In this document: in pieces, positions 26,688 through 39,199 of the stretch
Position numbering within the stretch: position 1 is the first letter of the stretch
How the letters are laid out: the number at the start of each line of letters is the position of its first letter
Source: Mobula birostris
Lineage: Eukaryota
Length of the DNA: 64,000 nt
Direction of reading: 5' to 3'
Assembly (NCBI RefSeq): GCF_030028105.1
Contig: NC_092371.1
Coordinates: forward strand, 233,800,031-233,864,030
The notes under the pieces: model-generated
The model's database searches: none
Seen by the model: only the letters and a program-made list of their open reading frames with translations
What the model was told of the DNA's origin: nothing
Program-made: the position numbers and the translations under genes

Positions 26688-26828
26688 CTTCTTGTAGGGA
26701 TGTTTAAATCAGCCAGGGTGTACAAAGGAGTTAGACTAGAAACAAGGTAATGCAGCCGTGGAAACGGAACCAGATTCATGGTAATCTCATTAAGATCCAT
26801 ATTGAGGGACCCTTCAAATCTGGAAGAA
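26688..26828 (-). CDS. TUBE1: TUBE1 exon 9
   Basis: SSRFEGSLNMDLNEITMNLVPFPRLHYLVSSLTPLYTLADLNIPTR; 141 nt. Confidence 0.97.
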
Positions 26829-27649
26829 CTGCAGCAAAGATGACAGAAATTAAATGAACAAAATCTACACAAAATAGGAACACAACTCCCAGTACAGTAA
26901 ATTCAGAGCAATTATATCATGGCTATACAGTACTGTGCAAAAGCTTCAGGCACATATATAGTTAAGGTGCCTAAGACTTCTGCACAGTACTGTAGTTGTC
27001 AATGTGGAGCACCATGGGAGGGGTGTGGGACAGGTGGCAGAGGAGGAGACCAGACACACCCAACCTTGAGACTCAAGCCAGTCCTGATATATAACAGCCC
27101 CATTCTCCCTGTAAGCTTTGTTGCCCTGACTAATCAAGAACCTATGAACCTCAAAGAAGTTTTGATGAAAAGCCCCTCAACCTCAAATGTTAAACTTTGT
27201 TTATCTTTTCACAGATGCAGCCTGAATGCCGAGTATTTTCAGTATTTCCTGCTTTCATTTCAATGTGCAGGTTATTCACCTCTGGTACAACCAATTCAGG
27301 AATATTAATACCTGGCTTGAAAATTCACTGAATATTTTACATTCAAGACTCTTCATCTCATTTATTAGAAGCTGCAGAATCTGCTAGTCAGATAATATCT
27401 GAAATTTTGATTTCAATATCCTGCTACTGGACTTTTGATAGAACAAAGTATTGCAGCTTCCGATGCATGGAAGGCGAAGACTTTACGTAATGTCTGTCCT
27501 TAACAGATATAGCTTCCCCAATCCTACATTTTGTTTCAACCCTCTTTCTTTATGCTACCTAGTTTCAATAAAAGTATTTATTTTTCCTGATTTTCAGAAT
27601 ATATATACACAGACACACACACATCTAATCTACTTAATTCATGATTCAA

Positions 27650-28380
27650 GATTAATATCATTTCCAGTACGCAAGTGTAAAGGAGAATGAAATTATTGTT
27701 ACTCCTGGTCTGATACAGCACAAAAATGAATAAAATAAAGAATACAATAATAAAAATATAATTAATATAAATGCAAAAGATAGCTTATATATGTAGATTG
27801 ACTTACATACATAAAGTGATGCTATGTAGGAGTGTCTGTACACAAGGTAACGGACAGGAAATGATAAAATAGTGGTGGTTGGGGTGTGGAGGGGTGGACT
27901 ATTGGGTGGAGGTGTTGATCAGCTTTACTGCTTGGGGAAGATAACTTTTTGAGCCTAGTGGCCCAGACGTGGATGCTATGTAGGGAGTGATGGGAGTGGG
28001 ACAAACAGTCTTTGAGCAGGGTGGGTGGGATCCTTCATAATATTGCTGGCCTTACTCCAGAATCTTTCTGATTGTATGCCCTTGATGGTGGGTAGGCTGC
28101 TGCCAGTGATGCGTTGGGAAGATTTGACTACCTATTGTGGAGCCTTCTTGTCTGCCGCAGTACAGTTTCCATACCATGCAGTGATGCAGCATGTCAGGAT
28201 ATTTTCTACTGCTCATCTGTAGATGGACGTAAATATAGATGTGTATAGTCCAGCTCTCTTCAACCTCCTCAGAAAGTGGAGGCATTGATGAGCTTTCTTG
28301 GTTGAGCAGAATGTGTTCTGGGACCATGAAAGACTGTGCAAGATATTCACTCCCAAGAGTCTGAAACTGCTTGCAGCTTC
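27650..28380 (-). mobile_element. Rex1/Babar-type LINE 3' fragment
   Basis: ORF 28213..28398 SFRLLGVNI...KKAHQCLHFLRRLKR. Confidence 0.75.
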
Positions 28381-29850
28381 TACAAGACCATAAGACATGG
28401 GAGCAGAATTAGGCTACTTGGCCCATCAAGTCTGCTCTGCCGTTCAATCACAACTGATTTATTATTCCGCTCAACCCCGTTCTCCTGCCTTCTTTTGGTA
28501 ACCTTTGACTCCCTGACCAAAAGAACTTATCAATTCCAGTTCATATACTCAACACATAACATTACTATAGTACTGTGTGAAGGTCTCATGCACTCTGGTT
28601 CCCCCCCTCCCCCTTATAGTTACACAAAACCTTTCCCACCAACTGCAATAAGCATATATAATAGCTCATCTCTCTGCGGCAGGCAAACACTCAAAAGTCG
28701 TACAATAGTCTCTGCTTTATTACTTCGTCCATTATTGCACATTGGTACATTATTGTGTATATTATTCTGTACTTCATTATTATTAGTTAAGTCTTCACAG
28801 AGTGTGTTTTTAAATGTTGCTGCTGTAACAAAAGAAACTCGCAATTATTATTAAATTTTCTTGGTCTCCACTGTCATCAAAGGTAATGAATTCCACAGAT
28901 CCACCACCCTCTGGCGAGAGAAATTCCTCCTCATCTCCATTCTAAAAGGACATTCTTATATTCTGAGGCTGTGCCCTCTGGTCCTAGACTCCTCACCATA
29001 GGAAACATCCTCTCCACTCTAAGGCTTTCATAATTTGATGTTTCAATGAGAGATCCCCCTCTCGTTCTTATAAACTCCAGCAGGTACAGCTAGAGAGTTA
29101 CACTTCATCAACTTCACAAGAGGCACACTTCATTAACCCTTTCATTCCTGGAATCATTCTCATTAACCTCCTCTGCACCCTCCCCAAAGCCAGCACAACT
29201 TTTATGGAACCGAAAGCTGCTCACAATACTCCAATTGTTGTCAAATCAGCACCTTGTAACACTTCAGCATCACATCGTCGCTGTTACATTGCAGCACACT
29301 CGAAATGAACGCTAACATTGCATTTGTCTTCCTGATCGCAGATTCATTCTGCAAGTTAGCCCTCAGGGAATCGTGAACAAAGAGTGCCAAGTCCCTTAGC
29401 ACCTCTGATTTTTGAATTTTCTCCCCATTTAGAAAACAGTCTAAGCCTTTATTCCTTCTACCAGGTGACTTATCTACCCTCAGACCTTTCAGCTTCCCAG
29501 GCTTCTCCTCCCTTGAAATGACTACATTCATTTCCGTCCCCTGACACTCTCAAATTTCTGGCATTATACTAGTGTCTTCCACAGTGAAGACTGATGAAAA
29601 ATACTTGCGTTTGTCTGCTATTTCTTTGTTCCCCCATTACTACCTCTCCTGCGTCATAATCTAGATTCTGATTTCCACTCTCACCTCCCATTTGCTCTTT
29701 ACACAGTATATCTGAAAAATCTTCTCTCTTTATTGTATTTTTTCATTGTCCTTTTTTTTTTAAAGCTTCCCTACCCTTTACTTTCACACTGATTTTTGCT
29801 GTATTATATGCCCCCTCTTCTGCTTTATGCTGTCTTTGACTTCAGAATTA
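28380..29850 (-). mobile_element. Degraded CR1 LINE with an inserted LINE tail (~28550-28855)
   Basis: ORF 29241..29531 has CR1 motifs (VDKSPG, EVLRDL, NAMLAFIS); ccataagac tail at ~28388. Confidence 0.7.
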
Positions 29851-30873
29851 GGTTTAATACCATCGGCATATTGTGAAATTTATTATCTTTGCGGCAGCAG
29901 TGCAATGCAACACATAATTGCCCCCAGAAACTCCAGCCATTGCTGTTCCACTGCTGTACCAGCAGTATAAAGAGGGGCATGAGTGCTGCGAGATATCCTG
30001 AAGACGATAACCATCTCCTTTGACTTGTTGATATTTAGGAAGTAGTTATTTGGCTGGCACCAGACCTCGAACTTGTCTGTAGGCCACAGGTTACCTTCCA
30101 CGTTCTCCTCAGTAGGATAGAAATTGCCTTATTGCATGTTATTGGTGTCAAAGAATAACATCACCCTAAAGTTATTTATAAAAATCCCATAAACATCATT
30201 ATCTTTAATTTAGAGAAACTCAACAATGCTGTTCTGTGAACCTCGATGTCAGCTTCAGCAACATTTCACTTGATTGGTCTGTTGCAAGATCTTTGCAAGG
30301 TATGCAATGCAGTTTAATTTTTAAAAATTCCCATATTTACATGCAACATATTGATAGTCCATAACACTCAAAGGCCATTGGCAAGCCAGTGGGGTAGCAT
30401 TATTCAGCTGCACAATAGCCTTCAGGGAAGAAGCTGTTTTTCAATCTTACTGTCTTGGCCAAGATGTTTCTGTATCTCCTACCAAATGGCAGGAGGTCTG
30501 GTAGGACAGTGTCTGGGATGGGATGGGTCTTTAATGGTGTTACAAGTGCACTGTAAGGCATTGAGAGTTGTAAGTTGTCTCCAGGTCCAGTAGTTGAGTT
30601 CCAGTGATGTGCTGAGCCATTCTAATCACCCGGTGGAGTGCTTTGTGATCTGTCTTGCTGCAGCTAGAGTACCACACTGTTATACCATATGTCGGGATGC
30701 TCTCTATCACACATCAATAAAAATTGGTCAGCAATTTTTGGGACAGATTAGCTCTTCTTAAGCAGCTCAAGTAGTATTGTCACTGTTGAATTAACCCCCT
30801 CTCTAGATATAGATGCAATGTACATCCACTGCTTCACCCTTGTCTACAGGAATGTATATAATGTATCACTCAC

Positions 30874-31040
30874 CTGGTCAAATTCAGAAGCAAGTTAGCA
30901 ACAATATTGTTCATTGCATCAAATGGCTTCTCCTGCTTTTTGGCCTCACTCTGACTGGAGATCAGAGTACTTTTCATTTTCACTGATACCATTTTGCCAC
31001 TGGCCATCTGATGGATTTTGTTGACTATGTCCACCAAGGA
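30874..31040 (-). CDS. TUBE1: TUBE1 exon 8
   Basis: SLVDIVNKIHQMASGK...KKQEKPFDAMNNIVANLLLNLT; 167 nt; gtgag donor. Confidence 0.95.
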
Positions 31041-31243
31041 CTAGATTTAGAAACGGAAAGGTTAGTAAATCTGCCTTTCAAAATGCAGCGTCCTCCTCAA
31101 AAATTAACCACATGAATGAATATCGGGAAACAAGATGGTTACGACAGCCAAGAAATCGAACTGTTTTGTAGCCCAATGTTGTGTCTAAAGGTCGAATAGG
31201 GATTTGTAATTGTACTATGTCCAAGTCTACATCCTGTACCTAC

Positions 31244-31431
31244 CTGATTTTCAATAGGCAAAACGCAATCTGCATGTTCAGTCAGCTCCTTCATGGCGAG
31301 AACACTATTATAAGGAGAGGTAATAACATCATCTTCAGCAGAAGGGTAGACGGAAGTAACAAATCTGTAAACCTCTGGGAATTCATCCTCCAGGAGGCTC
31401 AGGACAAAGGTACCCAATCCAGAACCAGTTC
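31244..31431 (-). CDS. TUBE1: TUBE1 exon 7
   Basis: GTGSGLGTFVLSLLEDEFPEVYRFVTSVYPSAEDDVITSPYNSVLAMKELTEHADCVLPIENQ; 188 nt. Confidence 0.97.
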
Positions 31432-31454
31432 CTAAAAAAAAAAATAATGAAGTT

Positions 31455-31806
31455 TTGATTATGAGTGGTATAGATAGGGTAAATGCAAGCAAGGTTTTTC
31501 CACTGAGGTTGGATGGGACTACAACCAGACGTCATGGGTTGAGGGTGGAAGGTGCAAAGTTTAAAAGGAACATGAGGGGAAGCTTCTTCACTCAGAGGGT
31601 TGAGGGAGTGGAACAAGCTGCCAGCACAGGGGCTGCATGTGAGCTTGATTTCAACATTCAAGAGAAGTTTGGATAGGTACGTGGATGGTAGGGGTATGGA
31701 GGCTATGGTCCCGGTGCAGGTTGATGGGACTAGGCAGGTTAAATGGTTCAGCATGGACTAGATGGGCCGAAGTGCCTGTTTCTGCGCTGTGTTTTTCAAT
31801 GACTCT
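31455..31806 (+). mobile_element. CR1 LINE 3' fragment abutting the TUBE1 exon 7 acceptor
   Basis: ORF 31455..31676 IMSGIDRVNASKVFP...TRRHGLRV...FFTQRV. Confidence 0.8.
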
Positions 31807-32270
31807 AAACATAAAGCAATTCCTGTTCAAACTTCTATTTCTCAATTTAGATTACAAGTCACATTTATATTCCTGTTGCTCAAAACAAATGATCGAAGTT
31901 ACAGCTGACAGAAAATGAAAAAGCTACAGATGCTGCAAATCTTGTGTCAGAAGTTTGTTTTCTTTTGCAAGCTCAGTTTAGAAGTACAGGTACATCTGCA
32001 CTTGGGCTGTTTGGGTAACAGAAATTAGCCCTTGGAGAATCCACCAATCACTGCTCAAAAAATTTGATATACTGAATTTATGTGGGAAAAAAAACAATAT
32101 TTATTTTTCTCAACTCACACTTTTTGATACACGTATAGATCCTGTAGCTTCATGTTATAGATATGGAATGTTTTCCAAGAGGGCAACCCACTACCCCCTC
32201 CAGTCCACCTGTAACCCAGAGGCCTCTGTAAAGTTTCTTTCTCCTAAGCTACAAGCTATGTTTGAATGGG

Positions 32271-32381
32271 TTCCTGACGAAGGCTCTCGGCCCGAAACGT
32301 CGACTGTACCTCTTCCTAGAGATGCTGCCTATCCTGCTGCGTTCACCAGCAATTTTTATGTGTGTTGTTTGAATGGGTTCC
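32271..32381 (+). mobile_element. Short Penelope-type insertion with intact hammerhead ribozyme core
   Basis: CTGACGA(32274)-aggctctcggccc-GAAA(32294)-cgTC; 16-bp direct repeat tgtttgaatgggttcc at 32259-32274 and 32366-32381. Confidence 0.7.
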
Positions 32382-32683
32382 ACAGTGTTTCTTTGTTTGT
32401 GGTTGTCTATAGGAGGATGAATCTAAGAGTTGTACACAGCATATACACTTCGATAATAAATACTGTGAATTCCCTTCAGATTCCATGAGCTGCTGGGCAC
32501 AGTAGAAGCTTAAACTAGAAAAATGTTTCAAAGAAAAATGTTTCACTTTCCGCTGATACTGCCTGGCCTGCTGAGTGTTTATAGCATCTTCTGCTTTTTT
32601 CAGATTTCCAGCATCTGCAGTTTTTGATTTTCAAAAATAAAAGGCTATTTGAAGGTAGCACATTGTAAAAAAGCAAGACTCAC

Positions 32684-32805
32684 CTCCACCCATTGAGTGG
32701 ATTAAAAAGAAACATTGCAAAGAATCACAGTGTTCAGCTGTTTTTCGGAGTATATCTACAATTTGGTCCCGGTACTGATTACCGTACTGTTTGTACCCCA
32801 CTGCC
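32684..32805 (-). CDS. TUBE1: TUBE1 exon 6
   Basis: AVGYKQYGNQYRDQIVDILRKTAEHCDSLQCFFLIHSMGG; 122 nt; first half of the tubulin signature GGGTGSG. Confidence 0.96.
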
Positions 32806-33893
32806 CTGTAGAAGAAAAAAAAGATTTTTTTTTTCAGAAAATACAACAATCAGCCAGATTTGTGAACATTGAGTTATGGAATATTATTTTTGTAATTATG
32901 TTCATCATTAATATGCTCAGACACATCCAAGAAAAAACAATTACCAGTAAATCTGTCTAATAACAAATCCTTCTTTATTTACCAGCCAGCTTTCTTGCCA
33001 TGATCATCATCACTTCTAACAGCTCAGTAATTTGTTTTTTTTTATCCTGTATAAATGGAAGGACGTCCCTTTAGAAGAGAGATGAGGAGGATTTTCTTTA
33101 GCCAGAGTGGTGAATCTGTGAAATTTATTGCCACAGATGGCTGTGGAGGTCAAGTCTTTTGGGTATATTTAAAGCGGAGGTTAATAACTTCTTGATTTGT
33201 TGGGCTTGCAGGGAGATGGGATTGAGAGAGATAATAAATCAACCAAGATGGAATGACGGAGCAGACTCGATCGGCCGCATGGCCTAATTCTGCTTCTATG
33301 TCTTACTGTCTTAAGACAGATATTACATGAATAGAACTAAAATGCAAAGGGAAAATAATAAAAATTTGCAATGCACAAAGTAAATTTATTATCAAAGTAC
33401 ATACATGTCACCATATTCAACTGACATTCATTTTCTTGTGGGTAATCATAGTAAATACAACAGAATCAATGAAAGACAAAAACCAATGCACCAAAATAAA
33501 CAATCTGCTAGTACAAAAGGAAAGAGAAAACAAAAAATATTGATAATAAGTAAGCAATAAATATTGAGAACATGAGATGAAGAGTCCTTGAAAATGAGTC
33601 CATAGGTTGTGGGAAGTTTAGTGATATTGCAAGCTACCATACTGTGGAGTTGAAATGGAGGGGATGGATCTCAAATTAGTAAAAGTGATGCAGGAACTAC
33701 AAATCAATAATTTAAGCTCACCAGTATGTTCTTTACTTCAGTCTCTAGTGTGTCAAACAGCCCATTTCTCTGTGGAAATGCAACTCAATGAGTAGGACTT
33801 ATAAAGTCCGGTTAGATGTTAGACCAGCAATGTTATGGACTGGAGGAATGAACTTCGAATGGTGCAACAAGCATTGGCCACATGTTTTCTTAC

Positions 33894-34009
33894 CAATTGT
33901 TACCTGAACCAGATACATCTGATATCAGCTGTTTATTGTCAAAAACATCTCTCAATGGACCCTGAAGTAATTCATTAAGGACACCTTCTTCCATGTCGAT
34001 GAGTACTGC
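33894..34009 (-). CDS. TUBE1: TUBE1 exon 5
   Basis: AVLIDMEEGVLNELLQGPLRDVFDNKQLISDVSGSGNN(W); 116 nt. Confidence 0.96.
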
Positions 34010-34757
34010 CTAAAAAGGAAAGAATATTTTCAGTAAGTCTAGTTACACTTAAATCAATCAGATATAACTGAAACAGATAAACAAATTAGAAGCAGTACTG
34101 GGCCATTCAGATCCTCAAGCCTGCTCCCTACCTTTCAAGTATCTATCCCTGTCCAAGATTCTGTCCTATTGACTTTTGAAAGGAGTTACCTCATCCGTCC
34201 TAATTGGTGATCTCCTACTTAAAATCTCAAGATCCAGAGATAACCCCCACAAGAGAAAACAAGCTCCACATCCACTTTAAGATACCATAGGATCTTACTA
34301 GTTTAATCGAGTCTCTTCTCCTAAACACTTGTGGATATGATCCAGAAGTCCGATCTTTCACCACAAGCTAACAGACCCATTTCATGTATTAATTTAAATT
34401 AATATTTTCTGAACTGCTTCCCATTATTAACATCACCCTTTTAAACTGGATCTGATACTGTTCCCGGTACTCAAGATGTTGTCTTAATTGAGCCCTATAT
34501 AACACAAGAACAAGCTGAATAGTTTAAATTAAATGACACTACACTTTGGCAAAGAGATAAGGTAAAGATTAAGATCTAAACTTTAATATTTTAACAATAC
34601 CATGTAGCATTATTTACATCATTGCTGTCATTAAGAATTTCAGCATAAATTTATCTTGTAGTAAGAAATGTTAATTGTCTATTAGAAAATGATTACATTG
34701 CTGCTAATTTAAAGTCACCACTACAACTGTACTTTAAAATTAATGTAAAAATGTTAC

Positions 34758-34818
34758 CCGAGCTTTGAGAGTTCTTATTAGACCTTTCTTTAGATTTAGA
34801 CCACCTCCATCAGTATAT
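34758..34818 (-). CDS. TUBE1: TUBE1 exon 4
   Basis: YTDGGGLNLKKGLIRTLKAR; tacag and gtaac sites; 61 nt; phase-consistent with both neighbours. Confidence 0.92.
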
Positions 34819-35036
34819 CTGTAAAATAATTGGTTCATAAAATGGGACTAATCTTTTTAAATAACAAAGTAACATAGATGTAGACATATTTCTTTATGCT
34901 ATCTGAAAATTAATTTCCTGTTACGTGTTATTTAATGTATATTAAAATTATTTAAAGTTTATTCTCAATCAACTAGGTCAACAAAATGTTTCATATTTTT
35001 AATATTAAAAACTGTTTGCAAAATTATATTGCCTAC

Positions 35037-35089
35037 CTTGTGTCCACATTTCTAAAGAAATTACTGAGAGCTTCATCATAGATGCCTTT
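35037..35089 (-). CDS. TUBE1: TUBE1 exon 3
   Basis: KGIYDEALSNFFRNVDT(R); tttag and gtagg sites; 53 nt. Confidence 0.95.
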
Positions 35090-35946
35090 CTAAATTGAAA
35101 ACAGAATAATAAAATATTTTGCAATGGGGATAATAATTAAATCCAACTCATCCATTACAAAATTTAAACAGCATCTTCCTGTAACTAACTGGAATAGCAA
35201 ACAAACATCAATCTTTCACTAAAATTGAGGCTGTGACAGCAGGAAGAATCTGAACAATTATTCTGACAAAGATTCTTAAAAAGGAGGTAATAAAGATTAC
35301 AATCATATATTGCAAAAAGGCAAAACCAGAGCATGATTCTAACGGTATTCACTGAAGGATTAATATCATAGAATTGTGAACGCGGATCAATGCAAACCAT
35401 CTGTACCAAACATTGAAATATACATTATAATCTTGAAAGTGTCCTGCTTTGCAAATATGATTACATATAATTAAAAGCCTTGTACATCAAAATCATACAT
35501 CAAGTCTACATGCTGCATCAAAAACAATTATTTTTCTAATTTGTATAACTGTATAAATACATGTACATATATTGATACATAGTACAGGCAATATACATCT
35601 TTTTCCATGTGACTTGGGGAAAGTAGCCCACTTTGGAAGACTGATTCGTGGACCAGCTCATGCCAAAGTAAATACCACAGGGACTCTGATTCCGAAGGTA
35701 ATCACCCAGATATTATCATTTCAAAATTTCATTATCCTCCGCCTACACATTTTGTTTCTTCCTTGTTTCTACCCACAATCTCACTGAAGCCATGGAAGTA
35801 AATATTTGCTATACAATTAGCTGTCTTTGTTGGGCACTGTTAGTATTTGTATTTAAACACAATTTTACCCAAAAAAAACCTCTGCTATCTCACCGGATTG
35901 ATCTGCTAACCTTCCCCTCCCCACCACTTACACTTTGCTACCCTAC

Positions 35947-36020
35947 CTTGTTGATGCTTGCATGCTCCCGGAGAACCAAATTCCAAAATCGGCAGCCGAT
36001 CTGATTGCCACACTGGCCGA
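35947..36020 (-). CDS. TUBE1: TUBE1 exon 2
   Basis: VGQCGNQIGCRFWNLVLREHASINK (tubulin GQCGNQIG motif); ttcag and gtagg sites; 74 nt. Confidence 0.96.
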
Positions 36021-36089
36021 CTGAAAACAAAAATGATACTGTGAGGGTCTGGATTTTATTAGTAAGTTGATGTATTCAGCAACATTAGG

Positions 36090-38780
36090 AGGTAGTAGGA
36101 CGGCAAGTGAGAATAAGAATAAAGGGGGCCTTTTCTGCTAGTGACTAGTGGTGTTCCTCAGGGTTCAGTATTGGAACCACTACTTTTCACATTTTTGCCA
36201 GTGATTTAGATAATAGAATTGATGGCTTTGTGGCAAAGTTTGCGGATAATATGAAGATAGGTGGAGATATAGGTAGTGCTGAGGGAGTAATGCGATTGCA
36301 GCAGAACTTAAAACAAATTGGAAGAATGGCCAAAATAGTGGCAGATGGAATACAGTGTTGTTAAATGAATGATAATGCATTTTGGTAAAAGGAACAATAA
36401 TGCAGAATATTATCCAAATGGGGAGAAGGTTCAAACATCAGAGGTGCAGAGGGACTTGGGAGTCCTCATGCAAGACAGAATGATGACAAAATATAGTATT
36501 AATGGTATGACTATTGGATGTGTGGAGGATCAGAGGGATCTTGGGGTTCGAGTCCATAGGACATTCAAGGCTGCTGCGCAGGTTGACTCTGGTTAAGAAA
36601 GCATACGGTGCATTGGCCTTCATCAATCATGGGATTGAGGTTAGGAGTTGAGAGGTAATGTTGCAGCTATATAGGACTCTGGTCAGACCCCACTTGGGAC
36701 CTTGGTCAGTTCTGATCGCCTCACTATAGGAAGGATGTGGAAACCATAGAAAGGCTGCAGAGGAGATTTACAAGGATGTTGCCTGGATTGGGGAGCATGT
36801 CTTATAAGAATAGGTTGAGTGAACTTGGCCTTTTCTCCTTGGAGCGACGGAGGATGAGAGGTATAAGATAGAGGTGTACAAGATGATGAGAGGCATTGAT
36901 CGTGTGGATAGTCAGAGGCTTTTTCCCAGGGTGGAAATGGCTAGCACGGCAGGGCACAGTTTTATGATGCTTGGAAGTAGGTACAGAGGAGATATCAGAG
37001 AAAAGTTGTTTTTTTTTTAAAAATGCAGATAGTGGTGAGTGCGTGGAATGGGCTGCCGGCAACGGTGGTGGATGTGGATACGATAGGGTCTTTTAAGAGA
37101 CTCCTGGACAGGTATATGGAGCTCAGAAAAATAGAGGGCTATAGGTAACCCTAGGTAATTTCTCAGGCAAGGACATGTTCGGCATAGCTTTGTGGGCCTG
37201 TATTGTGCTCTGGGTTTTCTATGTTTCTATTAAGAATCTCAGGTTAGTTTACAGGTAGCAAATGCAATGTTGGCATGTATTTCAAGGGGGAGGGGAAGGG
37301 AAAAAAGGATCCTTCATTTACATGACAAGTAAAAAATCTTTACATTACGTCTCTGCCTAAATGTGCAATTTATAGTAATTTATTTATTAGTAGTTTGTAC
37401 AACAGGACAGTCAATAGAACATAGAAATCCAATTGTTCAGTATGAATTAATCAGTCTGATGACCTGGTGGAAGAAGCCGTCTCAGAGCCTGCTAGTCTTG
37501 GCTTTTATGCTGTGGTACCATTTCCTGGATGGTAGCAGCTGGAACAGTTTGTGGTTGGGGTGATTCAGGTCCTCAATTACCCCTCAGGCCCTTTTTTACA
37601 TACCTGTCTTTGTAAATGTCCTGACTAGTGTGAAGTTCACATCTACAGATACACTGGGCTGTCCACACCACTCTTTGCAGAGTCCTGCGATTGAGATAAT
37701 GCTATGGCTTTATAAGACACTAGTCAGGCCACACTTGGAGCATTGTCAACAGTTTTGGGCTCCATATCTCAGAAAGGATGTGTTGTCATTGGAGACAGTC
37801 CAGAGGAGGTTCATGAGGATGATTCCGGGAACAAAGGGGTTAACATTTGAGAAACATTTGGCAGCTTTGGGCCTGTACTCACAGGAATTTACAAGAATGC
37901 AGTTGAAAGGACACGATAGGATGGATGGATGTGGAGAGGATGTTTCCTATGGTGAGGGTATCCAGAACTAGAGGGCACAGCCTCAAAATTGAATCTGTGG
38001 AATGCTCTGCCACAGACTGTGGTGGAGTCCAAGTCCGTGAGTATACTTAAGGTGGAGATCGGTCAGTGCATCAAAGGATATAGTGAGAAGGCAGGATATC
38101 TACAAGCAGCAATGACTCAAGAGGACCTGAATATAAAAGAAAGGATATAATGTTGAGACTTTATAAAGCATTGGTGAGGCCTCACTTGGAGTATTGTGAG
38201 CAGTTTGGGGCCCTTATCTTAGAAAGGATGTGCTGAAACTGGAGAGGGTTCAAAGGGGGTTCACAAAAATAACTCCAGGATTGAATGGCTCGTCATATGA
38301 AAAGTGTTTGACGGTTCAGGGTCTGTATTTGCTGGTATTCAGAAGAACACATGATGACCTCATTGAAATCTATTGAATGGTAAAGGCCTTGACACGGTGG
38401 ATGTAGGGAAGATGTTTCCTATGGAGGGAGAGTCCAAGACCAGAGGACACAGCCTCCAAATAGAGGGGCATCCTTTTAGAACAGAGATGAGGAGGAATTT
38501 CTTCAGTCGGAGGGTGGTAAATCTGTGGAATTCAATGCCACAGACAACGACTCAGGCCAAGTCTTTATGGATATTCTAGGCAGAGGTTGATAGATTCTTG
38601 ACTGGTCAGGGCATGAAGAGATGAAGAATGAGCATGGGGTAGAGAAATTTGGATAGGTACATGGGATGGGAGGGATATGTTGGGTTAAGGCTCAGGGGCA
38701 GGTCAATAGGACTACGCAAGAAGTTCAGCACCATCTAGATGGGCCAAAGGGCCTGTTTCTGTTCTGTTGTATTCTATGAC
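36090..38780 (+). mobile_element. Cluster of nested CR1 LINE fragments with a Rex1-type tail (~37300-37690, -)
   Basis: ORFs 36369, 37630 and 38373 with QRDLGV, LVRPHLEHC and FFSRRVVNLWNS; several CR1 3' tails. Confidence 0.85.
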
Positions 38781-39199
38781 TCTACGCTCACCTTTGGAAA
38801 TTTAACTCATTGGTCTACATTTGGGAAAAGGCTGTGAAGGAGTCTTTATCAGTATTTCTGGCAAAACCCAAACAGGCCTCAGTGAATAGGCTAGAATGTG
38901 TAATGTAACCTTGCAGTTTATTGATGATAGCTGTGTGACCACAAGAACCCTGGAGTAGGAATAGGCAACCAGATTTCTCAAAGCTGTTCGCCATTGTTGT
39001 TGATGACTTCTTAGTGCATTGTTAAGCAATTAACCTTCATCATCAGATTGGCCCTTTTTAGATCGTTTCTAGACCATTTGGTCGCTATTGGAAGCACTTT
39101 GTTAGGAGTCGAAGGAATTTTAATCAACATTTGAAACCATCTTTTGTGGGAATACCGAGAAGTACTACCTTTTTACTCAACTCCTTACGCATTGTAACA

